Part shown: in pieces, positions 38,773 to 47,156 of the stretch
How positions within the stretch are numbered: the stretch's first letter is position 1
Layout: every line of letters begins with the position of its first letter
Virus record (IMG/VR): IMGVR_UViG_3300020177_001482
Span: 24,898 to 88,897 of that record
DNA from: a virus
Length of the DNA: 64,000 nt
Direction: 5' to 3' (one strand)
Made by a program: the position numbers and the translations under genes
Notes under the pieces: model-generated
Database searches by the model: none
The model's input: the letters and a program-made list of their open reading frames with translations, nothing else
What the model was told of the DNA's origin: nothing

Positions 38773-40135
38773 TCATACACTCCTTCCAAAATTCTTCCAT
38801 TTCAGGGAACGTGTTCAAGAACCTAGTAGAACGCCTGCGATCGTGTTCGTTAAAAAAAGCGTAAAAGTTTTTTTTATTTTGCGTACTTTCGTCCGCGTTT
38901 TCGCGCCAGTATGCGAGATTCCTCTGCATCTTTTGTATCTCGAAGTCCTTGAATATGTGTAACCCGTTCGACTCGCCGGAATTTAACTGCATGTACTTTA
39001 TATTATCTTCATGTATTGCCTGATACGACTCTGGTAGCAGTGTGATCTGTTGCCATGCGGGTTGACGTAGCAGTGGCACATCGAACCACACCCTCTGGTA
39101 TGTCTTCGAGTACTTGGTACGTAGTTCCAATATCTTCTCCAGCAGTTTGTCCATGCTTGTTATACTGAGGTTGTTGTAAGTGCATATGAACGTTATTGAA
39201 TTTCGACCTGGTATCCTGTCCAAGAACTCCTCCACATTGTCCATCATGCGGTCAAATTCCAGACCGTCACGTATGTACTCAGCACGTTCGCCGAATGCGT
39301 CAACACTCACGAACTGCATCATGTGTTCCACCTTCTCCTGCATACATATTTCATGTGCCATGTTGAAGTACTTCTCCTTCAACTTCTTGTCCGGAGGACA
39401 CATATTGCTAGTGACGTTTAGATGCAGGTCTTTTTTAGGGTGGTCCATTATGTATTGGAACACTTTGTAAGTGTTCTTGTCCATCATGGGTTCTCCACCG
39501 GTCATACGGAAGTGCTTTAGATTCTTGTACAGTGTTGGCCACCATCTCCAGAAAGCGGTCACGTAGGGGTTGTCCTCCCTGTTGGGTATGGGCCTACGCC
39601 TGCCCTGGAAGTGTTCTGGTGCGTTGTGGGGAGGGGTGGTAGGATATTCGCCGTATCTGTCCACCTCCTTGGCCCACGTTGTCGAGAACTGTGGTGAACA
39701 ATAACTGCACTTGAAGTTACAAGCGTTGTTGAAGTTCACCTCAACATATCTCGGCGTCCAACGTTCGTCTATTGGATTCTTTCTGATGTCATCAAAGTCC
39801 TGCATTGCCCATGGCTCTCCGGACCTGTAGTGCCTGTCACTCATCTCCCCGGTCTTCTCAATGTTCCAGCAGTATGAACAACCGTCCGGTTGCTGTCCTT
39901 GGAGCATCTGTTGTCGCTGTTGCAGTTTTTCCTGTGTGTTGTGCAATGCCGCGGGATTTGAATTCAATTGGTCGGCGTCTATCTCGTGCAGTGGCGGATG
40001 GTAGCACGAGTTCGTAAGTCCCGTGGGTAGGTGCAGTGACGTCTGGTTCCACTTTGCCAGACACATGGTCGGGGAAACTTCTTGCAGTCTATCCTTGACT
40101 TTCAAGGCGTCTGCTTTGTAATCACTGGTACTCAC
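38765..40135 (-). CDS. Radical SAM protein with N-terminal twitch-like domain (#1)
   Basis: CLAKW..SCYHP..CSYCW, CNFKCSYC, TGGEP, SVDA..EYIRDG. Confidence 0.92.
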   Translation of the reverse strand: MSTSDYKADALKVKDRLQEVSPTMCLAKWNQTSLHLPTGLTNSCYHPPLHEIDADQLNSNPAALHNTQEKLQQRQQMLQGQQPDGCSYCWNIEKTGEMSDRHYRSGEPWAMQDFDDIRKNPIDERWTPRYVEVNFNNACNFKCSYCSPQFSTTWAKEVDRYGEYPTTPPHNAPEHFQGRRRPIPNREDNPYVTAFWRWWPTLYKNLKHFRMTGGEPMMDKNTYKVFQYIMDHPKKDLHLNVTSNMCPPDKKLKEKYFNMAHEICMQEKVEHMMQFVSVDAFGERAEYIRDGLEFDRMMDNVEEFLDRIPGRNSITFICTYNNLSITSMDKLLEKILELRTKYSKTYQRVWFDVPLLRQPAWQQITLLPESYQAIHEDNIKYMQLNSGESNGLHIFKDFEIQKMQRNLAYWRENADESTQNKKNFYAFFNEHDRRRSTRFLNTFPEMEEFWKECMNA

Positions 40136-41021
40136 GATCTTGCACTCCCTTGTTAATGTGTTGTGGCATTATAAATCTGTAGAACTTGCTGTCATCCTCG
40201 CAATACTCTGCTATAGGTATGTCCAGTTGTTGTCTTAGGCTGTTACCAAACAAATGTAACTGGTCATCTATGTTTTCTATATCCACTTGATTGAAATAAT
40301 TTTGCATCTCATCAAGATCCCTTATCTTGAAAAATTCATTATTGGGTTCAAGCACAGTGTAGAAACAACCCATCCTCGCACCCAGCATAGCATATTTGCC
40401 ATTGTCTATGTCCGCCCCTATTGTACACCAAGTGCTTAACATTTTTAAATTTTGTCTCCAAATGGACTTAGAATAGTTTTTGGCTGTAATAGGTTTTCCC
40501 TTGTCAGTACTCATCTTGACACCTTCCCTGTAGCCTGCCACAAACGCCTGTTGTGGTGTTGCATTTATGACTGTCGTGGAATAGCAGTTGTGCAGATTCT
40601 CGTGTGGCACTCCCCAGCAGAAATCTATCTGGTTTTCTTCGGTGTCAGCGTTTTCGTGTGTTCGCATGTTTAGGCAAGTGTCTTTAGACCAACCAACCAA
40701 TCCTCCATTGCCGTACACCAACCCATTTATGTTGTTCCTTGCTCTCCACCTGTGTACTGCTTTCTTGTTTGTCTTGTTCCAATCCAGTGTCTCCAAAAGG
40801 AATCTTTCATCTATGATGTTGTCACCGTCGACGCTTATGAAGAAATCGGTCTCCGCCACGTCTGCCGCGGCCTTGTGTGCGTTGTCAAAACCCACCACGC
40901 CGTCAACACGCTTGACCCAGGGCACCTTGTTCTTGAGGTCCGCCCAGTTCTGTTCTTTGTTGGGCTCCTTGTAACTGATGTACACGAAATCGAGGTCGCT
41001 TATTCTCGTTCTATCTGCCAT
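40122..41021 (-). CDS. GT-A fold glycosyltransferase
   Basis: ISYKEP, AHKAAA, FISVDGDN (DxD), YGNGG. Confidence 0.7.
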   Translation of the reverse strand: MADRTRISDLDFVYISYKEPNKEQNWADLKNKVPWVKRVDGVVGFDNAHKAAADVAETDFFISVDGDNIIDERFLLETLDWNKTNKKAVHRWRARNNINGLVYGNGGLVGWSKDTCLNMRTHENADTEENQIDFCWGVPHENLHNCYSTTVINATPQQAFVAGYREGVKMSTDKGKPITAKNYSKSIWRQNLKMLSTWCTIGADIDNGKYAMLGARMGCFYTVLEPNNEFFKIRDLDEMQNYFNQVDIENIDDQLHLFGNSLRQQLDIPIAEYCEDDSKFYRFIMPQHINKGVQDREYQ

Positions 41022-41302
41022 GTGACTCCCCCTTCCCCTATGTTGTTAGGCCAGTGTATGTCGCCGTCCTGGAAGAAATAACCTTTGCTTGACTTTTTCA
41101 ATGTCCTATACTGTGTCTTTGGATTTAGCGTGGGTTTGACCACAATCTCACCATCCCGCAACATGAGGTTCTGCTCGCCGTACTGTCGTGCCCACAATTT
41201 CTTGGCATGGGTAACCTCATGCTGTTGGCCTTCGACTGTCACAAAAAACTTCTTTGGTGCACGTTTTGGCATTTTTTTCAGTGCATCAAATAATCCTGGC
41301 AT
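41000..41302 (-). CDS. Hypothetical protein
   Basis: ORF between the GT genes. Confidence 0.6.
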   Translation of the reverse strand: MPGLFDALKKMPKRAPKKFFVTVEGQQHEVTHAKKLWARQYGEQNLMLRDGEIVVKPTLNPKTQYRTLKKSSKGYFFQDGDIHWPNNIGEGGVTWQIERE

Positions 41303-42080
41303 GTAACTCCTTGTCATGATAGTGCCACAGCCTGCTGACACGTGTCTCTCCGATGTACACGGAATCTCCCGTGCGGTTTGGGTACAGGTATTCGTTCTGA
41401 TCCTTGGTTCTCATGGTGCCGTTTACCCCAGGCTTGTGGTGTATGAATTTGAACCAATCATAATCAATCAACTCTTTAGCAGTGGGATCCATAATTCTGT
41501 GTGCCAAGGCAAAAACAACGTCTGTGCTGGGATATCTGTCATGGCAAGAGATCAACATTTCAGTTTTGACCTTTTCCCAATTCTTGACTATATGTTCTGC
41601 TATCTCATAGAACCTCTGTGCTTTCGCACTCTTACGGAAGTACATCAGACCATTGTAGATGTTGGGCAAGTGATTCCTTGTGAACAATTTCCTATATGGT
41701 GTCTGTTTCACCACATTGCCTCTATAGTCAAAACAGTTGACACTGAACACTAAATCGTGTTGCCACAAGTGATACCACCACCAATCCGTGTTGATCGTCC
41801 ATAACATGTCTGCTTCTAATTTTATCGTATGGGTAAAAGGTGTGATACGAAACGCCTTGTACTCGTTGGCCCACTTGATTTCATGCGAAGCACTGTCGTC
41901 TTGTCTCATCATTTTTACGACATCCACGTGTTGATTTTCGAATTTGCTTTTCTCGTCCGTGACCACACATATCTGATTGTCTCTGTTCCAACGCTTGATG
42001 CTCTTGGCCAAGGTTATAGACAGTTCAACGTAGTCAGTCTTGTCGTTGTTCTGTGCGAACCAAAGGAATCCCCTAGACAT
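41286..42080 (-). CDS. GT-A-like glycosyltransferase (GT8-like, EAD instead of DxD)
   Basis: LAKSIK, TPFTHTIKLEADML, YNGLMYF, TDVVFALA; paralogue of the next gene. Confidence 0.6.
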   Translation of the reverse strand: MSRGFLWFAQNNDKTDYVELSITLAKSIKRWNRDNQICVVTDEKSKFENQHVDVVKMMRQDDSASHEIKWANEYKAFRITPFTHTIKLEADMLWTINTDWWWYHLWQHDLVFSVNCFDYRGNVVKQTPYRKLFTRNHLPNIYNGLMYFRKSAKAQRFYEIAEHIVKNWEKVKTEMLISCHDRYPSTDVVFALAHRIMDPTAKELIDYDWFKFIHHKPGVNGTMRTKDQNEYLYPNRTGDSVYIGETRVSRLWHYHDKELHARII

Positions 42081-42825
42081 TGGCTATCTCCTTGTTTAAT
42101 ACATGCACATCTTGGTCTTTGACAAATGAAATCTGATCTTTGTACCGCCAGGCCAGGCCGTTGTCGGTCATTTCGATGATTTCACAATCACGTGGCAGTG
42201 TTGGCAGTGCGAATGGCATCTTCTCATATCCCATGAATCCGTTGACCTGTTGCAGTGCCATCGCAAACAGGTAATCATTACGCAGGTTCCTAGCGTATAT
42301 CCTGTACATCTCCCTGAAGTAACTGTAGTTCTCCTTGATGTATTTCACGGTGTCAAATATCTTCCTGACCTTTTCGTTCTTCTTGAACAGTAGCAAAGTG
42401 GCCCACACCATGGGTATCATACTCCACCTTCTCTGATCAAAACTGTCTCTGCCTGTCAAGTCGTGTGCCGTGCCTGGTACCAGGAAATCATATTCAGTGT
42501 CAAACAAGTTTTTCAAATTATCAGAGAAACAGAAGTAGTCAATGTCCATGACCAATGTTGTGTCGTATGGGGACAATTCATAGGACATGTGCCTGTCCAC
42601 ATTGTTCCAGGGTTCACCATTCAATTTGTTGCCCAATTCTGGCTCTATGAACTTGTACTCTATGAAACCTAGGGGACTCATCCTGCTGAAGGTTTCAAAG
42701 TTGGTGACCACCGTTATGTTTTTCGAGATGTTTTTCTTGACCAATCGGACACAACGTTCCAGGATCTTGTGATACCTTGTGTGTTCCGTGTCAAAACAGA
42801 ATAGCAATACTCCTTGCGTCATCAT
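42073..42825 (-). CDS. GT-A glycosyltransferase (GT8-like)
   Basis: YELSPYDTTLVMDIDY (DxD), WATLLLF, RNDYLFAMA, HVLNK. Confidence 0.65.
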   Translation of the reverse strand: MMTQGVLLFCFDTEHTRYHKILERCVRLVKKNISKNITVVTNFETFSRMSPLGFIEYKFIEPELGNKLNGEPWNNVDRHMSYELSPYDTTLVMDIDYFCFSDNLKNLFDTEYDFLVPGTAHDLTGRDSFDQRRWSMIPMVWATLLLFKKNEKVRKIFDTVKYIKENYSYFREMYRIYARNLRNDYLFAMALQQVNGFMGYEKMPFALPTLPRDCEIIEMTDNGLAWRYKDQISFVKDQDVHVLNKEIANV

Positions 42826-43139
42826 TCACCTTTTCTTGTAAAAGTTTCGTACATCTGGTGATATGCGTTCAAGGCCTCCTGGTTCCGTTCAATCAGTGTT
42901 TTCAAAAAATCATCAGCGTCCTTGATCTCTACTGGATTGTTGTTTGTGTCCAGTATGAAAAATTTACCGTTATTTTCCTTCAGTGTCCTAACTATGCATA
43001 TGGTCTGGGCGTCCGCACGGAACAGATTGCCGTTGTACGCCAACACCTGTCGTGCGTGTGCCTTCTCCAGAGCGTTGCGTTTGGCGACCGCTATATCATA
43101 AGATAGGTCTGATTGTTTTTTGAGTTCGCGAATATCCAT
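42822..43139 (-). CDS. Hypothetical phage protein
   Basis: YNGNLF...ILDTNNNPVEI; ATG 43139 sits 6 nt after a TATAAT. Confidence 0.7.
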   Translation of the reverse strand: MDIRELKKQSDLSYDIAVAKRNALEKAHARQVLAYNGNLFRADAQTICIVRTLKENNGKFFILDTNNNPVEIKDADDFLKTLIERNQEALNAYHQMYETFTRKGE

Positions 43140-43145
43140 ACCACA

Positions 43146-43183
43146 ATTATACAATAATTATGGTGGTATAGCAACCTGGTAAA
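43146..43183 (-). promoter_or_regulatory. Sigma70-type promoter with TTTACCAGG box, heading the GT/radical-SAM run
   Basis: Minus strand TTTACCAGG-TTGCTA-17 nt-TATAAT-6 nt-ATG. Confidence 0.7.
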
Positions 43184-43184
43184 A

Positions 43185-44108
43185 TTATATTGCTGACCTT
43201 ATTCCGTATGCAAGTAGCACACCACGTGGAACGGTACCAGTGTAGACAAGACTGTGAACAAACCTACGATTGTTAATGAATATGGGTTTGCTGACATCTA
43301 GCAGTCCAACGTTTTTAAACTTGAACTTGATGTCTTTGCTGTCCCCGGAAAGCACACAATACAATTGGGTTGGTCCATCGATGATCGCTTTACCATCCTC
43401 GTAGGTGAAATCGTCCATGTGTATGGGCAAGACTGAATTTGGTTGTAACTCTACGTACTGCATCTGTAATATATCAGTGAATCCAAAACTTCCCATGGCG
43501 TTTCTAAGTTTTTTGTTTTTGATCTGTGTTAGTTTTATTGTTGGCAATACTGGTTGAGGTTTGAGAGATCTGCATTGGCCCTGTCCATAGAATTTTGTGT
43601 CCTTGAACTGTAGGTCCTCTGATAGGTCTAGGTCCATGTGTGTTTCCATATCACCATTATGTTCTATGTACGGCAAGTTGTGGAAATCGTCTTTGTGATA
43701 CCAGTGTGGACCTTCTCCTGTGGCAAAAAATTGCTTGACACTGGCGGGCAAGAAGTCGTGATCCAACTCCACATTCCAGCTCTCCGTGATCAGGTATTTG
43801 TGTTCCAAGTTCTTGAATCTCAACAGGTCTTCCTGTGCTATGCACTTGGCTATCCTTGAGAAATACTGGGCCGGGTCACCGTGCAACCATATCTCATAAC
43901 CTGCGGGGGTGTCTATGCCCGAATTGGTGCAATGCCTGATCGACTCATCGCCTATCTTGATGTCAGTGATGTCTCGCCTGTGTACGTTGATGTAACACTT
44001 GTGCCAACTGTTTGGCATCATGATGGTGTCAGAATGTGAGATCGTGTTCCCGTCAAGTGCTATGCACTTAAAACTTGCACTGACCTTGGTGAATATCCGT
44101 ACCTGCAT
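43185..44108 (-). CDS. Protein with C-terminal 2OG-Fe(II) oxygenase (Asp/Asn beta-hydroxylase-like) domain
   Basis: LQPNSVLPIHMD (HxD) ... FINN..VHSL..PR; TAAATA 6 nt upstream of ATG. Confidence 0.6.
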   Translation of the reverse strand: MQVRIFTKVSASFKCIALDGNTISHSDTIMMPNSWHKCYINVHRRDITDIKIGDESIRHCTNSGIDTPAGYEIWLHGDPAQYFSRIAKCIAQEDLLRFKNLEHKYLITESWNVELDHDFLPASVKQFFATGEGPHWYHKDDFHNLPYIEHNGDMETHMDLDLSEDLQFKDTKFYGQGQCRSLKPQPVLPTIKLTQIKNKKLRNAMGSFGFTDILQMQYVELQPNSVLPIHMDDFTYEDGKAIIDGPTQLYCVLSGDSKDIKFKFKNVGLLDVSKPIFINNRRFVHSLVYTGTVPRGVLLAYGIRSAI

Positions 44109-44149
44109 TGGCAATATTTAATTGCACAAACAGTTGGCTACAAAAATTA

Positions 44150-45103
44150 TTACGGCGAGTTAGAAACCGGATCGTTTGAACTTATCCTGATATCCGCAGC
44201 CAGACCCTCAGAGTCATTTGGATAGTTCTCGAGGATGTTGAGTACCATGGCCGGACATAAATTGGGGTTGGTCGGTACACCGGAAAGGTTGCCTGAGTCA
44301 TAAGTCTCGTCACCCGCTGGGTCTGAAGATACCATCTTGATGGTCATCACTGTGGCCGAGGCCGGAGCCGCGTTCAACTTGGCGAAGATCTCAACGTAGT
44401 TTGAGTTGTAGTCTGCGCCGTTGTCTGAAAACAATTTAATCATAGAAGTGTAACCAGTGCTCAGATCATGGAAACCAGTGCCTGAAGCCAAACTGTCCTG
44501 CGTCTCACCTGAGCCGGTCCTCACTGTTGAGTGTGCCTTGATGTTTAGGTTTCCCACAGCCGCCGTAAGTTGTTGGAAAACTGTGTCCTTGTCACCGTCC
44601 GTTGATCCTGATGTTGCTGGGTCCACCCCAATGTATCCGCCTGCGTTGAAGAAAGCCCTCATCGTGGCGTTGTTGGCGAACGTCACAGATCTCTCAATGG
44701 TCGATGTTGAATTCCATGTGCTTGTATTTGTGGTTGTGCCTGCCGCAACACCAGTGGTGATTGCAGTCGCACCTGTTGAACCACCTGCCACAGCCGCCGC
44801 CAAGTTGGCTAGGTCTGATATCAGTGCCGCTCTTATCTCGATGGTGTTTCCCGCTGAAACCGATGATGCTGTTATACTAGTGTTGGTGTGGTTGGCGATG
44901 TTGTCCATGCCGGTGAATAATGCGTTCCAACTTGAAGCCGCGATCGTTTCGCCTGCTGAAACTGTTGAGATCGTTGACTGGTTCAATCCGTACTCGGCCG
45001 ATCCCGGGCCAGCGAAATGGTTGTATCCGTATGGACTTGAACTGTTGTTTACGAATGCGTTGTATTCGTCATCTAAAATTGTATCACCTGCTGAATATGC
45101 CAT
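44150..45103 (-). CDS. Virion structural / tail-associated protein
   Basis: MAY start, Ser/Thr/Ala-rich, FFNAGG; TAAATA 5 nt upstream. Confidence 0.7.
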   Translation of the reverse strand: MAYSAGDTILDDEYNAFVNNSSSPYGYNHFAGPGSAEYGLNQSTISTVSAGETIAASSWNALFTGMDNIANHTNTSITASSVSAGNTIEIRAALISDLANLAAAVAGGSTGATAITTGVAAGTTTNTSTWNSTSTIERSVTFANNATMRAFFNAGGYIGVDPATSGSTDGDKDTVFQQLTAAVGNLNIKAHSTVRTGSGETQDSLASGTGFHDLSTGYTSMIKLFSDNGADYNSNYVEIFAKLNAAPASATVMTIKMVSSDPAGDETYDSGNLSGVPTNPNLCPAMVLNILENYPNDSEGLAADIRISSNDPVSNSP

Positions 45104-45107
45104 CTTG

Positions 45108-46736
45108 TTATTTAACTCCTATCACGCACTCTGTCAGTGCTGTTTCTTTATCATATTTATGCTTAATTAGTCTACCTAGCACGTTAAAATGGGTACATTC
45201 CTCCAGATCGGCCACCCTTGCCTCACCATTGCCTGCTGATACCACACGATCTCCCGCCCGGCCCGTGCCCTGTAATTTCACCATCACACGTCCTTTCAGT
45301 GCAACCATGGGGTGTGAATCGTTGTTGCCGGCCTGTGCGTTCATAAGGAACGCGGGTGATTCTGATATCACACCAAAGACGGCGTCTGATAGTGCATCCT
45401 TGCACTTGGTTATCTCCGCATCTCCGCCCAAGATCACCACATCTCCCACTTCAGTGTCGCAATCCGCTTCATATCTTTCGGCCAAGTCAGCGTACATGGC
45501 GCTGGTTGTGGTCGCGTGTACCACGTTTGCCCTGATGTCTACCAGTGTTGGTGCTTCTAGTTCAGAATCTGTCTGTGCAGACTTGAACGCTGTCCAGGCA
45601 CCACCTGCGTTTCCATATGTTGTTGATCCGTCGTCTGCGAATGTTTCGTCCCATACCCAGTACAGGTTCTGCTCTGTGGCACTTGAGGTTTCTCCCCTGT
45701 TGACTTTAAGTCCAGTATAGTTTGGCATTCCTGCGTTGTTGGATATGTTCCTGTTCAATTCTATGATGTTGTCCTCAATACTCAATGTGCTTGTGTTGAT
45801 TATCGTGTTGGTTCCGTCGACTGTGAGATCACCGACCCTGAGATGTTCTATCCTACCTGTTGATCCTGTTATCCTCAGTGCCTCTTTCGTGGTCCCTCCA
45901 TCGTTGACCGTGAATATTATGTCCTTGTCTTGTGTCGTCTGGGCAACCGTGAAATCGTCACTTGATAGACTCATCGTGATGTCATTGCCCGATCCTATCC
46001 TTATACCATCGTCGGCCTGTACCGTTAATCTCCCTGTGGTAGTATCTGCCCCGTCTGATCTCAGGTAGTTTGCCGCGGCCACGCCTCCTAGTAGATCTGA
46101 ATCTGTTGCAGTGCCTCTGAATTTAGCAGATGCTACTGTGCTGGAAAGTTGAATCCCTTGTGCTACCGTGGAAAAACCAGACGCTATCAATGCCGCACCG
46201 TTTGTCTCTGTTGAACTGGGTGTGAATGCTATGTTTGAAACTATACCAACCACAGTATCATTGGCAATCATTTTCAATATTGATCTACTGACACCCGTGT
46301 TGTCTTCTAAAATTTCACTAGTGAACTGTGTAACACCCGAACCCGCCACCGTAGTTGGACCAATCAAGGTCCAGGCAGAACCTGTGTAGACGTAAAGTTG
46401 TGTGTTTGTGGTGTCGAACCACATGTCACCCTGCACTGAGTTTGAAGGTGCTGTAGCAGAGTTGGTCGTTGATCCCACCGGTTTCCATTTTGATCCGGTG
46501 TATACATTGATCTGATTGTTGGTCTTGTCGTACCACATCTGTCCCTGTATCTTGTTAGAAGGTGCAGATGTGTTGTTGAAGTTCTCTAATAATTTTACAA
46601 GGTTCTCGTTCAACTTCTCACCGAAACCTGCATAACCTTTACCTATAAGTGTAAGGTCTGTAGTGGCGACATCGATAGTGCCATCCGGCAGTGTGACCAG
46701 CAAGGTTCCAAATGTGTTGTTAATCTTGTATGCCAT
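45108..46736 (-). CDS. Tail fibre/baseplate protein with C-terminal intramolecular-chaperone (peptidase G2-like) domain
   Basis: N-terminus shared with 48703 and 50129 (GKGYAGFGE.LNENL.KLLENF, GQMWYD); C-terminal ADLAERY, GVISE.PA.LMN, VALKGRV. Confidence 0.75.
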   Translation of the reverse strand: MAYKINNTFGTLLVTLPDGTIDVATTDLTLIGKGYAGFGEKLNENLVKLLENFNNTSAPSNKIQGQMWYDKTNNQINVYTGSKWKPVGSTTNSATAPSNSVQGDMWFDTTNTQLYVYTGSAWTLIGPTTVAGSGVTQFTSEILEDNTGVSRSILKMIANDTVVGIVSNIAFTPSSTETNGAALIASGFSTVAQGIQLSSTVASAKFRGTATDSDLLGGVAAANYLRSDGADTTTGRLTVQADDGIRIGSGNDITMSLSSDDFTVAQTTQDKDIIFTVNDGGTTKEALRITGSTGRIEHLRVGDLTVDGTNTIINTSTLSIEDNIIELNRNISNNAGMPNYTGLKVNRGETSSATEQNLYWVWDETFADDGSTTYGNAGGAWTAFKSAQTDSELEAPTLVDIRANVVHATTTSAMYADLAERYEADCDTEVGDVVILGGDAEITKCKDALSDAVFGVISESPAFLMNAQAGNNDSHPMVALKGRVMVKLQGTGRAGDRVVSAGNGEARVADLEECTHFNVLGRLIKHKYDKETALTECVIGVK

Positions 46737-46921
46737 TATGAGTCATCCCTAATTGTTGTCAATATACTTACATCGCCTAACATATCAATCAATGTGTTAT
46801 TCAAAATATCTCTCGCCGGATGATTCTTTATTGAATCTTCCAATGTTTTAATTTCTGTTGCTGTCAAAACATTGTCTATGTTAGCATTTATGTAATCAGC
46901 ACACTCTTGTTTTGTTATCAT
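46736..46921 (-). CDS. Small hypothetical protein
   Basis: Coupled ORF among tail genes. Confidence 0.6.
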   Translation of the reverse strand: MITKQECADYINANIDNVLTATEIKTLEDSIKNHPARDILNNTLIDMLGDVSILTTIRDDS

Positions 46922-47148
46922 GTATTGTTGCTCCTGTTTTGTGCCAGTCTAGCGACCAAATGTGTGTCACCTATTAGTTTTTGTAGTATAACCGCAATCT
47001 CCGGTGTCATCCAATTTTGTATAATAGACAATCTATTGCCTTGCATCACACCTTCGACGTCGTCAGTCCAATAAGCGTCAAGCGAACTGTCTTCACCAGT
47101 TTCCCACTGTTCATTTAAAAATTCTGTTACTTCTGCCTTCGTTGCCAT
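46918..47148 (-). CDS. Small hypothetical protein
   Basis: TAAATA 5 nt upstream of ATG. Confidence 0.65.
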   Translation of the reverse strand: MATKAEVTEFLNEQWETGEDSSLDAYWTDDVEGVMQGNRLSIIQNWMTPEIAVILQKLIGDTHLVARLAQNRSNNT

Positions 47149-47156
47149 GCTTGTAT

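Noticed and set aside
32939-40135. Classical RiPP cluster interpretation of the radical SAMs
   Set aside because: No evident leader/core precursor, RRE domain, peptidase or exporter; sugar-enzyme context dominates. Not fully excluded.
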